Source of the DNA: Thermoplasmata archaeon
Lineage (GTDB): Archaea; Thermoplasmatota; Thermoplasmata; Lutacidiplasmatales; UBA184
DNA: 46,949 bases
Direction: 5' to 3'
Assembly (NCBI GenBank): GCA_021812305.1
Contig: JAKAOB010000002.1
Location: forward strand, 1-46,949
In this document: positions 1-8,298 of the stretch, one piece after another
Layout of the letters: every line of letters begins with the position of its first letter
How positions within the stretch are numbered: the first letter of the stretch is position 1
Notes under the pieces: generated by a model
Databases searched by the model: none
The model's input: the letters and a program-made list of their open reading frames with translations, nothing else
What the model was told of the DNA's origin: nothing
Made by a program: the position numbers and the translations under genes

Positions 1-398
1 CGGATCGCGAGGTGGCGCTTGTCGAGGAGGAACTCCTCGGTCTGATTGGCGAAGATCGGGAACGCCTCGCCCGCGTCGACGACCTCGATGCGGTCGGCGC
101 GCAGCTCGCGCCCGCCGGGGGCCCGCGGGTCCGCCGCGACGCTCCCCTCGACGACGACGGCCCCCTCGACCTGCACGCGCTCCGCGGCGGCGAACGCGTC
201 GGCGCCCACGCGGTCGCGCTTCGCGGTCACCTGGAGCGCGCCGGTCCGGTCGCGCAGGACCAGGAAGAGGATCCCCCCGCTCGACCGGGAGCGCAGGACC
301 CAGCCCCGGAGCCGTCGGCGCCCGCCGAAGGCGTCGGGGTCGAACGCGCTGCGGACGCTGTCGAACGCGGCGGGCGGGGCTACTGGTACTCCCGCCAC
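1..398 (-). CDS. asnS: asparaginyl-tRNA synthetase, N-terminal OB-fold part; the gene runs off the window start
   Basis: Not in the ORF track because it is edge-truncated. My reverse-strand translation reads ...RLRGWVLRSRSSGGILFLVLRDRTGALQVTAKRDRVGADAFAAAERVQVEGAVVVEGSVAADPRAPGGRELRADRIEVVDAGEAFPIFANQTEEFLLDKRHLAIR. This has the class IIb OB-fold plus the ADxRAPGG and FPI...EFLLDxRHLxxR blocks I recognise from archaeal AsnRS. The only in-frame start candidate is GTG at 396-398, which overlaps the tfs 3' end. Confidence 0.7.
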   Translation of the reverse strand, partial: MAGVPVAPPAAFDSVRSAFDPDAFGGRRRLRGWVLRSRSSGGILFLVLRDRTGALQVTAKRDRVGADAFAAAERVQVEGAVVVEGSVAADPRAPGGRELRADRIEVVDAGEAFPIFANQTEEFLLDKRHLAI

Positions 399-691
399 TT
401 GTGCCCGCACTTGGTGCACTCGAAGATCCGGGTCTCGGGCTCGTCGGCCCCCCGGGTCTGCCGGAGCACCCAGTACGCCTCCGGGTTGCCGCACTTCGGA
501 CACTCCTCGTTCGCCTTCGGGAGCGTGGCGGCGGCGCGTTCCTCGAGGACAGGCATCTCGCGGGCCGTCGGGGTCGACGAGCCCACGACGCGGCCGTTCC
601 CGAGCGGAACGCGCGTGCCGCACGCCGCGCACCGCCAGACCCCGGCCGACTTGTCGGGGCGCATGAGGCGCTTGCACTTGGGACAGAACAT
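380..691 (-). CDS. tfs: transcription factor S (TFS, RpoM/TFIIS-like)
   Basis: 103 aa. N-terminal zinc ribbon CPKC...CAACG. C-terminal TFIIS-type ribbon CPKCGNPEAYWVLRQTRGADEPETRIFECTKCGHKWREY with the acidic DE loop. Confidence 0.9.
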   Translation of the reverse strand: MFCPKCKRLMRPDKSAGVWRCAACGTRVPLGNGRVVGSSTPTAREMPVLEERAAATLPKANEECPKCGNPEAYWVLRQTRGADEPETRIFECTKCGHKWREYQ

Positions 692-714
692 GCGTCCGGT
701 CGAGCCGGGGGAGC

Positions 715-723
715 GTATTTGAC
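715..723 (-). promoter_or_regulatory. TATA-like box for tfs
   Basis: GTCAAATAC on the minus strand, 24-32 nt upstream of ATG 691. Confidence 0.45.
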
Positions 724-744
724 GGTTGGGGGCCGCGCCCGGGG

Positions 745-2163
745 CTACGCGGACAGGACCTGATCCGGCGTCCCGGCCGAGGAGGGCGGGGCATCCGGCG
801 CCGCGACGCTCAGCGGGAGCGGCGAGGCCTTCGCCCCGGGAACGAGGAGCCGCCGCAGGTGCTCCGTCCGGCGGACGAGGTCCTCGCCCGTTCCGATGTC
901 GTGGCGCACGAGGTAGTCGCCCGAAACGAATCGCAGCGCGGCCTCGACCCGAACGGCCGCTTCGTGCACGGCGCTCGCCTCGCCGACGAGCGCGAGCCCG
1001 CGCGAGGTCGACAGGCGCACGCTCGCCGGCCCGGCGGGCTCGACGGAACCGTAGCGGACCCGGACGCCGGCGGACTCGATCGCCGGCAGGTCGAGCGTGA
1101 GCAGCCCGCCCGCGGTCGGCGCGGCGGGGTATCCGGGGGGGACCAGGTAGCGGACGACGGTCGCCCGAAGGCGGAAGTGCAGCAGCGTGGGGTCGACGCG
1201 GCCGGTCGCGACCCCGTAGAGCAGCTCGGCGAAGTTGCCCTCCTCGTAGAGCGAGAGCACGTTGATCGATTCGGGGTCGCCGAACCGGGCGTTGTACTCG
1301 AGCAGGATCGGCCCCTGCTGGGTGAGCATGAATCCGCCGTAGAGGATCCCGCGGTAGGGGATCCCTTCCTGCCGGAGCGCGTCCACGGTCCGGACGAGGA
1401 TCTCCACCGCCCGGTCGCGCATGGACGGGGAGAGGAACGGCAGAAGGTGGTCGCGCTGCGAGTACGAGCCCATCCCGCCGGTGTTGGCTCCGGTGTCGCC
1501 CTCCCCTACCCGCTTATAGTCCTGGACGACGGGCATCGGGTAGATCCCCGAGTCGGTGACGAACGCCATCAGGCTGAACTCCTCGCCTTCGACCCGCTCC
1601 TCGAGCAGGACGCCCTCGCGGCCGCTCGCCGTCGCGAGCAGCTGCTTGGCGTAGGACGCACCCTCGGCGGGCGTCGCGAAATCGGCGCCCTGGACCCGGA
1701 CCCCCTTGCCGCTCGTCAGGCCGACGGGCTTGACCACGAACGGCCGGTTGAGCTCGGCGACGCGCGCGTCGACCTCGTCCAGATTCATCACCGGGACCAC
1801 CCGGGGGGCCGCCGGGATCCCGTGCTTCGCCAGCAGCTCGCGGCAGAACTGCTTCGACGATTCGATCCGCGCGCCGGCACGCGAGGGACCGACGACGGGG
1901 ACCTCCGCCGCGCGCAGCGCATCCCCGACGCCCGCGGCGAGCGGGGCCTCGGGACCGATCACGGCGTAGTCGACGGCGCGTTCGCGGGCGACGCCGACGA
2001 CCGCCTCAGGGCGGTTCGGGTCGACGCGCGCGTAGGCCTTCGCGAGGGCGCTGAGGCCGGGGTTCGTCGAAGCGGCCGCCACCACGACCTGCGCGCCGGC
2101 CGCCGCGAGGCACTCGCCGATCGCGTGCTCCCGGGCGCCTCCGCCGACCACAAGGACGCGCAT
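745..2163 (-). CDS. purD: phosphoribosylamine-glycine ligase
   Basis: MRVLVVGGGAREHA start at ATG 2163, which is internal to track ORF 745..2415. ATP-grasp blocks are present (VVKPVGLTSGKGV, GANTGGMGSY, EYNARFGDPE). There is a C-terminal Ala/Pro-rich extension. Confidence 0.92.
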   Translation of the reverse strand: MRVLVVGGGAREHAIGECLAAAGAQVVVAAASTNPGLSALAKAYARVDPNRPEAVVGVARERAVDYAVIGPEAPLAAGVGDALRAAEVPVVGPSRAGARIESSKQFCRELLAKHGIPAAPRVVPVMNLDEVDARVAELNRPFVVKPVGLTSGKGVRVQGADFATPAEGASYAKQLLATASGREGVLLEERVEGEEFSLMAFVTDSGIYPMPVVQDYKRVGEGDTGANTGGMGSYSQRDHLLPFLSPSMRDRAVEILVRTVDALRQEGIPYRGILYGGFMLTQQGPILLEYNARFGDPESINVLSLYEEGNFAELLYGVATGRVDPTLLHFRLRATVVRYLVPPGYPAAPTAGGLLTLDLPAIESAGVRVRYGSVEPAGPASVRLSTSRGLALVGEASAVHEAAVRVEAALRFVSGDYLVRHDIGTGEDLVRRTEHLRRLLVPGAKASPLPLSVAAPDAPPSSAGTPDQVLSA

Positions 2164-2186
2164 CGGGCCGCCCAACCATGGGGTTC

Positions 2187-2196
2187 GCATATAGCC
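2187..2196 (-). promoter_or_regulatory. TATA-like box for purD
   Basis: GGCTATATGC on the minus strand, 24-33 nt upstream of ATG 2163. Confidence 0.45.
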
Positions 2197-2238
2197 GTGT
2201 TGGACGGCGCTCCGCCGGCCGACACGCGGGCCGCCACC

Positions 2239-2247
2239 GTTAAGAAG
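2239..2247 (+). promoter_or_regulatory. TATA-like box for rpoL-kptA
   Basis: GTTAAGAAG, 28-36 nt upstream of ATG 2275. Confidence 0.4.
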
Positions 2248-2274
2248 GGGACCCCCGTGGCCGCGCCGACGCGC

Positions 2275-2562
2275 ATGGAGATCCACGTCGCCGAGAAGGA
2301 GCACGATGCGCTGCGCATCGAGCTGCCGAAGGGCGAGGAGACCCTCTTGATCCCCCTCGTCGAGGCCCTCCAGGCCGAGGAGAAGGTCGTCGAGGCACGC
2401 TACTACCTGGGCCACCCCTTCCTCGACAAGCCGAGCCTCTACCTCCGGACCAAGGGAGAAAAGCCCCAGGCGGTCCTCAAGCGCGTGCTGAAGGACCTCG
2501 CCGACGTCTACGGCGATGCCCTGCAGGACTTCGACAAGAAGGCGGACAAGATCAAGTCGTAG
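2275..2562 (+). CDS. rpoL: DNA-directed RNA polymerase subunit L (Rpb11 homologue)
   Basis: The 95-aa tail of track ORF 859..2562 starts at ATG 2275: MEIHVAEKEHDALRIELPKGEETLLIPLVEAL...ARYYLGHPFLDKPSLYLRTKG. This is the typical RpoL pattern. A TATA-like box lies at 2239-2247. Confidence 0.85.
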   Translation: MEIHVAEKEHDALRIELPKGEETLLIPLVEALQAEEKVVEARYYLGHPFLDKPSLYLRTKGEKPQAVLKRVLKDLADVYGDALQDFDKKADKIKS

Positions 2563-2576
2563 GGGGCTCCCCGCCG

Positions 2577-3227
2577 ATGCTCAAGGAGTGCGCGCAGCAC
2601 GGTTACTTCCGGGCCGAGAGCTGTCCGGTCTGCAACGCCTCCGGCCGCTTCCTCATGAACGACCGGGAGCTCGACCATCTCGGGCGGGTCATGACCGGCA
2701 TCCTCCGGCATTTCCCGGAGAAGTACGGCCTTACCGTCGACGCCCACGGGTGGATCGAGCTCCCGCGGCTCGTCCAGGCCATCCAGGGCCACCACCGCGG
2801 CTACCACTGGTTGCGCACCCACCACCTGGTCGCGATCGCGGAGAGCGACGCGAAGGGCCGCTACGAGGTCAAGGACGATCGGGTCCGGGCGACCTACGGT
2901 CACACCGTCGAGGTCGACCTCGACCTGCCCACCGAGAACATCCCGGACGAGCTGTTCTTCCCCGTCACCCCCGAAGAGGCCGCGATCGTCCTCGAGGTCG
3001 GGCTCAAGCCGTCGGACCGACGCAAGGTCCACCTGTCGCGGACGGCGGCCGACGCGCGCGCCGCGGGGGCCGTCCGCACCCCGGAGCCCGTGATCCTCGA
3101 GGTGGACGCCCGCCGCGCCCGCGCGGACGGCATCGTGATCATGCAGGCGGGGAAGACCGTCTTCCTGACCGACCAGGTCCCCCACGACTACCTCAAGCGC
3201 CACGAGGCGCCCGGCGCGCCCGACTGA
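2577..3227 (+). CDS. kptA: RNA 2'-phosphotransferase (Tpt1/KptA family) with an N-terminal zinc knuckle
   Basis: Motifs ILRHFPEKYGL, RATYGHTV, RRKVHLS and VILEVDA...ADGIVI...GKTVFLT match the KptA layout. The N-terminus carries C-x2-H-x7-C-x2-C. Confidence 0.85.
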   Translation: MLKECAQHGYFRAESCPVCNASGRFLMNDRELDHLGRVMTGILRHFPEKYGLTVDAHGWIELPRLVQAIQGHHRGYHWLRTHHLVAIAESDAKGRYEVKDDRVRATYGHTVEVDLDLPTENIPDELFFPVTPEEAAIVLEVGLKPSDRRKVHLSRTAADARAAGAVRTPEPVILEVDARRARADGIVIMQAGKTVFLTDQVPHDYLKRHEAPGAPD

Positions 3228-3240
3228 ACGCGGGCGGTCC

Positions 3241-3849
3241 TCAACCGAGGACGACGTTCGACTGGTAGTTGGTCGCGACGTACACGGTCTGGACGATCCC
3301 CGACGAGGGGAGGTAGGGGTTCTCGAAGACGAGGTAGAACGTGTCGGTGTACGGCGCGGCGAAGACGAGCGGGGCCGAGGAAGCGCCGGTGCTGTTCCAC
3401 TGCGCTACCGTCGGCTGGCCGTGGACGAACGCCACGAACTCGGAGGAATTGTACACCTGGAAGGTGAGCGACGTCCCCACCGGGCTGAGGACGGTGTAGT
3501 TGCCGTCGATGTAGTCCTCGCCGGTGATCGACCCGCTCAGGTAGGTGTAGCTCCCCGGGGCGATCGTGTAGGTCCCCCGGGTCGTGAGGGGATCGGGGAA
3601 CGTGGGCGGGCCGGCCAGGACCGCGCTCAGGATCGCGTAGGCGATGCCCACGGCGACCCCCACCACGATGAGGGAACGCACGCCTTGGCTGAGCCTCAGG
3701 TGGCGGCGCTGGCGCGCCGGCAGGCGGGGGATCTCCTCGGGGCGGACCGCGGCGCCCGTCCCGCACCTCGGGCAGACCGTCTCTCCCGGCGCGACGGTCC
3801 CCGCGCAGAAGCGGCAGGTGCGCCAGGTCGTGTCGTCCGGGTCGGTCAC
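3241..3849 (-). CDS. zinc-ribbon / single-pass membrane protein with an extracellular beta-rich domain (hypothetical)
   Basis: GTG start. CRFC...CPRC ribbon, one hydrophobic helix (LIVVGVAVGIAYAILSAVLAG), then a Tyr/Thr/Ser-rich domain with NxS/T sequons. Amino-acid composition is non-shadow-like. Confidence 0.7.
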   Translation of the reverse strand: MTDPDDTTWRTCRFCAGTVAPGETVCPRCGTGAAVRPEEIPRLPARQRRHLRLSQGVRSLIVVGVAVGIAYAILSAVLAGPPTFPDPLTTRGTYTIAPGSYTYLSGSITGEDYIDGNYTVLSPVGTSLTFQVYNSSEFVAFVHGQPTVAQWNSTGASSAPLVFAAPYTDTFYLVFENPYLPSSGIVQTVYVATNYQSNVVLG

Positions 3850-3925
3850 GGGGGCGGCGTCCCAGCCGGCACGGGGGTTTTCCCCGTTTCGTATGAACCC
3901 GGCGCCACCGCCCCACCGGCCCGGG

Positions 3926-5410
3926 CTACGCGGACCGGCGCGGCTTCGCCGCGCCGAGATTGACGAGGACGTTCTTGCGGCGGGTGAACTGGCGGACCGT
4001 GTCGGTCCCCTGCTCGAAGCCGATGCCGCTGTCCTTGAACCCGCCGAACGGCGTCTGCGGGTAGCTGTTCGGTGGTTCGTTGACCGAGACCATGCCGGCC
4101 TCGAGCTGCCGCGCGACGGTGTGCGCCCGGACCAGGTCCCGGGTCCAGAGGGCCGCGAAGAGGCCGTAGCGGGAGTCGTTCGCCAGGCGGACCGCCTCGT
4201 CGGCCTCGTCGAACTCCTGGACCGTCAGCACGGGACCGAACACCTCCTCGCGCACGATCCGGGCATCGGGCGGAGCGTCGGCGACGACCGTCGGCCGCAC
4301 GAAATTGCCCCGCGCGAGACTCGGCTCGTCGACCTTCACCCCGCCGGTCACGATCCGCGCCCCCGCTCCGCGCGCCTCCTCGATGAACCCGACGACCCGC
4401 GCCAGGTGATCGGCGGCCACGAGCGGTCCCATCTCCGTCGCCGGGTCCGTGCCGGGGCCGAGGTGGTAGGCTTCGGCGAGCGCGCGGACCTTCGCCAGCA
4501 GCTCGTCCCGCACCGGCCGCGCGACGAGCAGCCGGCTCCCCGCCCAGCACATCTGGCCGGCGTTGCCGAAGATGCCGAACGCGATCCCCTTCGCGGCCCG
4601 GTCGAGGTCCGCGTCCGGGAACACGATCACCGGGCTCTTTCCCCCGAGCTCGAGCGTGACCGGGATCACGCGTCGGCCGGCGAGCTCGGCGATCCGCTGG
4701 CCGACCTCGCCGCTGCCCGTGAAGGCGACGGAGCGGCCCCGCCGGTCGCTGACGAGCGCCTCCCCGACGTCGGTTCCGCCCCCGACGACCACGTTGAGTA
4801 TCCCGTCCGGTATCCCCGCCTCCTTCGCCAGACGGGCGAGCGCGAGCGCCGTGAGGGGGGTGGCGCTCGCCGGCTTGAGGACGGCGGCGTTGCCCGCCGC
4901 CAGGGCCGGCGCGACGGAGCGCATGGCGAGCAGGAGCGGGTAGTTCCAAGGAGCGATGTGCACCGTCACCCCGAGCGGTTCGCGCAGCGTGAAGTCGAAG
5001 CGGGGGCCCGGAACGGGGATGGTCTCCCCCTCGATCTTGTCGGCGAGACCGGCGACGTACTCGAACGTCCGCACGACGTACGCCACGTCGCCCCGCGCCT
5101 CCTTGAGCGGCTTGCCCATGTTGCGGGTCTCGAGGAGGGCGAGCGGCTCGGCGCGCTCCTCGATCAGGCGCGCCAGGCGATACAGGGTCCGCCCGCGTTT
5201 GGCGCCGTCGTCCCCCGCCCAGGCGCTCTCGCGGAACGCGCGCTCGGCGGACTCCATCGCGAACCGGGCATCGTCGGCGGTTCCGAAGGCGACGGTCGTG
5301 AGCGGATCGTTCGTCGCCGGATCGAGGAGGGTCCGCGTTCCGCCGCCGGAGGCCGGGACCTCCGCGCCGCCGATGAAGAGGTTGTAGCGGGGCTCGATGG
5401 ACGCCGACAT
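3926..5410 (-). CDS. NAD(P)-dependent aldehyde dehydrogenase family protein
   Basis: Blocks FTGSGEVGQ, LELGGKSP (catalytic Glu) and GNAGQMCWAGSRLLV (catalytic Cys). I prefer ATG 5410 (MSASIEPRYNLFIGG) because it avoids overlapping the upstream gene. Confidence 0.9.
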   Translation of the reverse strand: MSASIEPRYNLFIGGAEVPASGGGTRTLLDPATNDPLTTVAFGTADDARFAMESAERAFRESAWAGDDGAKRGRTLYRLARLIEERAEPLALLETRNMGKPLKEARGDVAYVVRTFEYVAGLADKIEGETIPVPGPRFDFTLREPLGVTVHIAPWNYPLLLAMRSVAPALAAGNAAVLKPASATPLTALALARLAKEAGIPDGILNVVVGGGTDVGEALVSDRRGRSVAFTGSGEVGQRIAELAGRRVIPVTLELGGKSPVIVFPDADLDRAAKGIAFGIFGNAGQMCWAGSRLLVARPVRDELLAKVRALAEAYHLGPGTDPATEMGPLVAADHLARVVGFIEEARGAGARIVTGGVKVDEPSLARGNFVRPTVVADAPPDARIVREEVFGPVLTVQEFDEADEAVRLANDSRYGLFAALWTRDLVRAHTVARQLEAGMVSVNEPPNSYPQTPFGGFKDSGIGFEQGTDTVRQFTRRKNVLVNLGAAKPRRSA

Positions 5411-5444
5411 GCACCGACCGGCGCCGCCGAGAGAGCTCGGTCGC

Positions 5445-6617
5445 TTAACCTCGTCGCGCCGCATCGCCCGGTCCCTCGCCGGGGTCGAGCGGGTAGGTCC
5501 GGCCCTTCCATAGCAGCGGTCGGCGCGCGACGCCGCGACGGATCGAGGCGCCGACGAGGACGACGTAGAAACCGACGGCGACCGGGAAGAGCAGGCCGTA
5601 GGCGGCCGGGCCCCGCGCGCCCGCGGTGAACGCCACGTGCTTGACGAAGAGCAGGGCGGCCAGAACCGCCCCGACCCCGGCGACGAGCGGATCGTGGAGC
5701 GCGATGCCGAGCGGGAGCAGGCCGAGCGGGAGCCAAAAGAGCCCCACGAGCGCGACGAGGAAGCCGGTCTGGCGGGCCGCCGAGAATCTCAGCCCGTGGA
5801 CGTTCTTGAGGAGGCCCTCGAACATCTCGTGCCGGTCGCGGTACATCCGGGTGGTGAGCAGCTCCGGTGCCCAGGCGACCCTCAGCCGCCGGCCCTTCGA
5901 ACGGAGCTCCTGGGCGAGGCGCACGTCCTCGAGGACCGCTCCACGGATGCGGGCATGCCCCCCCACGGCGTCGTACGCGGCCCGTCGGACCAGGGTGTAC
6001 TGCCCGTTGGCCATCGCGGCCCGGGAGTTCGCCCGATTGACCCGCGGGGTACGGAAGTACGTGAGGACCATCTGGGTGTAGAACGGCAGCACGACCTTCT
6101 CCCAGAACCCGACGGTCTCGATCCGGGGGGCGAGGGTCACGAGGTCGGCCCCCTCGGCCTCGGCCCACTCCACGCTGCGGCGCACCGTCTCCGGTCCGTA
6201 GTGCATGTCCGCATCGGTGAAGAGAAGGTACTCCCCCGAGGCGGCGGAGGCGCCGAGGTGACAGGCCCAGTTCTTCCCGACCCAGCCCGCGGGTAGGGGA
6301 GGCTCTTCGAGGAGGCGCACCCGCGGAGCGCGGGCCCGTGCGACCTCGCGCGTCCCGTCGGTCGAACCGCCGTCCACGACGAGGATCTCGAGGTCCGGGT
6401 AGTCCTGCGCGATCAGCGAATCGAGGCACCCGGGAAGATCCGCCTCCTCGTTGCGGGCCGCGATGACGGCGCTCACCCGGGATCTCCGCTCCGGTAGGGT
6501 GGCCGGGGCCGGGTCGAGCCGCGGCATCTGGAGGGCGAAAACGACCGCGACCCCATGGAAGACGAGGACCGCCCCCGTCCCCGCGAGCAGGAGGAGGATC
6601 CCACCGAGAGACAGCAT
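5445..6617 (-). CDS. family 2 glycosyltransferase, membrane-bound
   Basis: N-terminal TM helix, then VSAVIAARNEEADL...LVVDGGSTDGT...FTDADM (GT-A DxD), and C-terminal TM helices. I prefer ATG 6617 (MLSLGGILLLL). Confidence 0.85.
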   Translation of the reverse strand: MLSLGGILLLLAGTGAVLVFHGVAVVFALQMPRLDPAPATLPERRSRVSAVIAARNEEADLPGCLDSLIAQDYPDLEILVVDGGSTDGTREVARARAPRVRLLEEPPLPAGWVGKNWACHLGASAASGEYLLFTDADMHYGPETVRRSVEWAEAEGADLVTLAPRIETVGFWEKVVLPFYTQMVLTYFRTPRVNRANSRAAMANGQYTLVRRAAYDAVGGHARIRGAVLEDVRLAQELRSKGRRLRVAWAPELLTTRMYRDRHEMFEGLLKNVHGLRFSAARQTGFLVALVGLFWLPLGLLPLGIALHDPLVAGVGAVLAALLFVKHVAFTAGARGPAAYGLLFPVAVGFYVVLVGASIRRGVARRPLLWKGRTYPLDPGEGPGDAARRG

Positions 6618-6637
6618 CGGCCGCGCGAGCGCTCGCC

Positions 6638-6646
6638 CTATTAAGG
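6638..6646. promoter_or_regulatory. single TATA-like element in the 58-nt divergent GT2 / helicase intergenic region
   Basis: CTATTAAGG is the only AT-rich patch between start 6617 (minus) and start 6676 (plus). It lies 21-29 nt from the first and 30-38 nt from the second. Confidence 0.45.
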
Positions 6647-6675
6647 CGCGCCCGGTCCTTGCCGTCGACCCAGTG

Positions 6676-8289
6676 ATGGACCGCGTGGAGCACCCGCGCA
6701 TCCGGCCGGGCGTCCTCGAGAACCGCCTCTACCAGGAGCGGATCAGCGAGACGGCGGCCCACCACAACACGCTCGTCGTCCTACCGACCGGGCTCGGCAA
6801 GACCGCGATCGCGCTCCGGGTGATCGCCCAACATCTGCTCGACCACCCGACGCGCTCGGTGCTCTTCCTCGCCCCCACCCGTCCGCTGGTGGTCCAGCAC
6901 GCCCGAAGCGTTGGGGAGAGCCTCTTCGCACCGGAACCCGTCGTCCTCACGGGGACGATCTCCCCCGAGCGCCGACTCGCCTTGCTCGCGCCGCCCCAGG
7001 TCGTCGTCGCGACGCCCCAGGTGATCGCGAACGATCTCCGGGGGGGGGCGGCCTCCCTCGACGCGTACTCCCTCATCGTCTTCGACGAGGCGCACCGCGC
7101 GGTCGGCGACTACCCCTATGTGATGATCGGCCGAACGAACCGGGACTCCCCCCGCGCCCGGGTGCTCGCGATGACCGCCTCGCCGGGAAGCCGGAAGGAC
7201 CGTATCGAGGAGGTCTGGGCGAACCTCGGGATCGAACGGTTCGAGTACCGCACCGCCGACGACGACGATGTCCGGCCGTACTTCCACGGCATCGGCGTCG
7301 AGAACATCGTCGTGCCGGTCCCGCCGGAGGTCCGCCACCTCGGCATCCTCTTGCGCGCCGCGGTCCGTCGGCAGGCGGAGCTGCTCCGCCGGTTCGGGCT
7401 GCTCGCGGACGGGGAGGCCACGCGGCGCGACCTCCTCGTGATCAGCCAACGCCTCCAGCGGGAGGTGCAAGCCGCCCGCCACCGGGGCGAGAACGCGGCG
7501 AACGGTGTGTGGGCCGCGCTCACCGCCGAGGCCGTGGCGATGAAGGGCCTGCACGCGCTCGAACTGATCGAGACGCAGGGTGTCGAGGCCCTTCGCGAGT
7601 TCTTCGAGAAGCAAGCGCCCCGCGCCGGCGCCCGACCGACCCCCGCGCAACGGACGTTCCTTGGGGATCCGGACGTCCAGAAGGTCCGGGAGCTCCTGCG
7701 CTCGCTCACCCTCGAGCACCCCAAGGTGGCGCGGGCCGTCGCGGTCGTGACCGAGGAGCTCCACCGCGCCCCCGGGTCGCGGGTGATCGTCTTCGCCCAG
7801 TACCGGGACACCGCGTCGCTCCTCGTCGAGGAGCTGCGTCGCGGCGCCGACCCCGTCGTGCGCCCCGCCCGGTTCGTCGGACAGGCGAGCCGCGTGCGCG
7901 ACGAAGGGCTCAGCCAGAAGGAACAGATCGCTCTCCTCGATGAATTCCGCACCGGACGGATCAACTGCCTCGTCGCGACGTCGGTCGCCGAAGAGGGGCT
8001 CGACATCCCGTCGACGGACCTCGTCCTGTTCTACGAACCGGTGCCGAGCATGATCCGCACGATCCAGCGCCGGGGGCGGACGGGCCGCGCGCGGGCCGGC
8101 CGAGTCGTCGTCCTCGTGGCGGAGGGGACCCGCGACGTGAGCCTGGAGCGGTCCGCCCGTTCCAAGGAACGACGCATGCACGATCTGCTCGAGGAGATCC
8201 AGTCCGAGATGGATCGGGGGCGTCCTCCCCCTCCCCCGCCGGCCCACCGTGTCCAGAGCGTCCTCGACGAGTTCGGCGGCCGCCCGTAG
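6676..8289 (+). CDS. Hef/FANCM-like superfamily 2 helicase (helicase part only)
   Basis: LVVLPTGLGKT (motif I), FDEAHRA (DEAH), MTASPG, and the C-terminal lobe ATSVAEEGLDIP...QRRGRTGR. No ERCC4 nuclease or HhH segment follows. ATG 6676 is internal to the track ORF. Confidence 0.85.
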   Translation: MDRVEHPRIRPGVLENRLYQERISETAAHHNTLVVLPTGLGKTAIALRVIAQHLLDHPTRSVLFLAPTRPLVVQHARSVGESLFAPEPVVLTGTISPERRLALLAPPQVVVATPQVIANDLRGGAASLDAYSLIVFDEAHRAVGDYPYVMIGRTNRDSPRARVLAMTASPGSRKDRIEEVWANLGIERFEYRTADDDDVRPYFHGIGVENIVVPVPPEVRHLGILLRAAVRRQAELLRRFGLLADGEATRRDLLVISQRLQREVQAARHRGENAANGVWAALTAEAVAMKGLHALELIETQGVEALREFFEKQAPRAGARPTPAQRTFLGDPDVQKVRELLRSLTLEHPKVARAVAVVTEELHRAPGSRVIVFAQYRDTASLLVEELRRGADPVVRPARFVGQASRVRDEGLSQKEQIALLDEFRTGRINCLVATSVAEEGLDIPSTDLVLFYEPVPSMIRTIQRRGRTGRARAGRVVVLVAEGTRDVSLERSARSKERRMHDLLEEIQSEMDRGRPPPPPPAHRVQSVLDEFGGRP

Positions 8290-8298
8290 AGCGGGCGC

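Noticed and set aside
12-722. Plus-strand ORFs 12..722 and 46..666 at the window start.
   Set aside because: They are shadows of asnS and tfs, which lie on the minus strand and have strong motif support.
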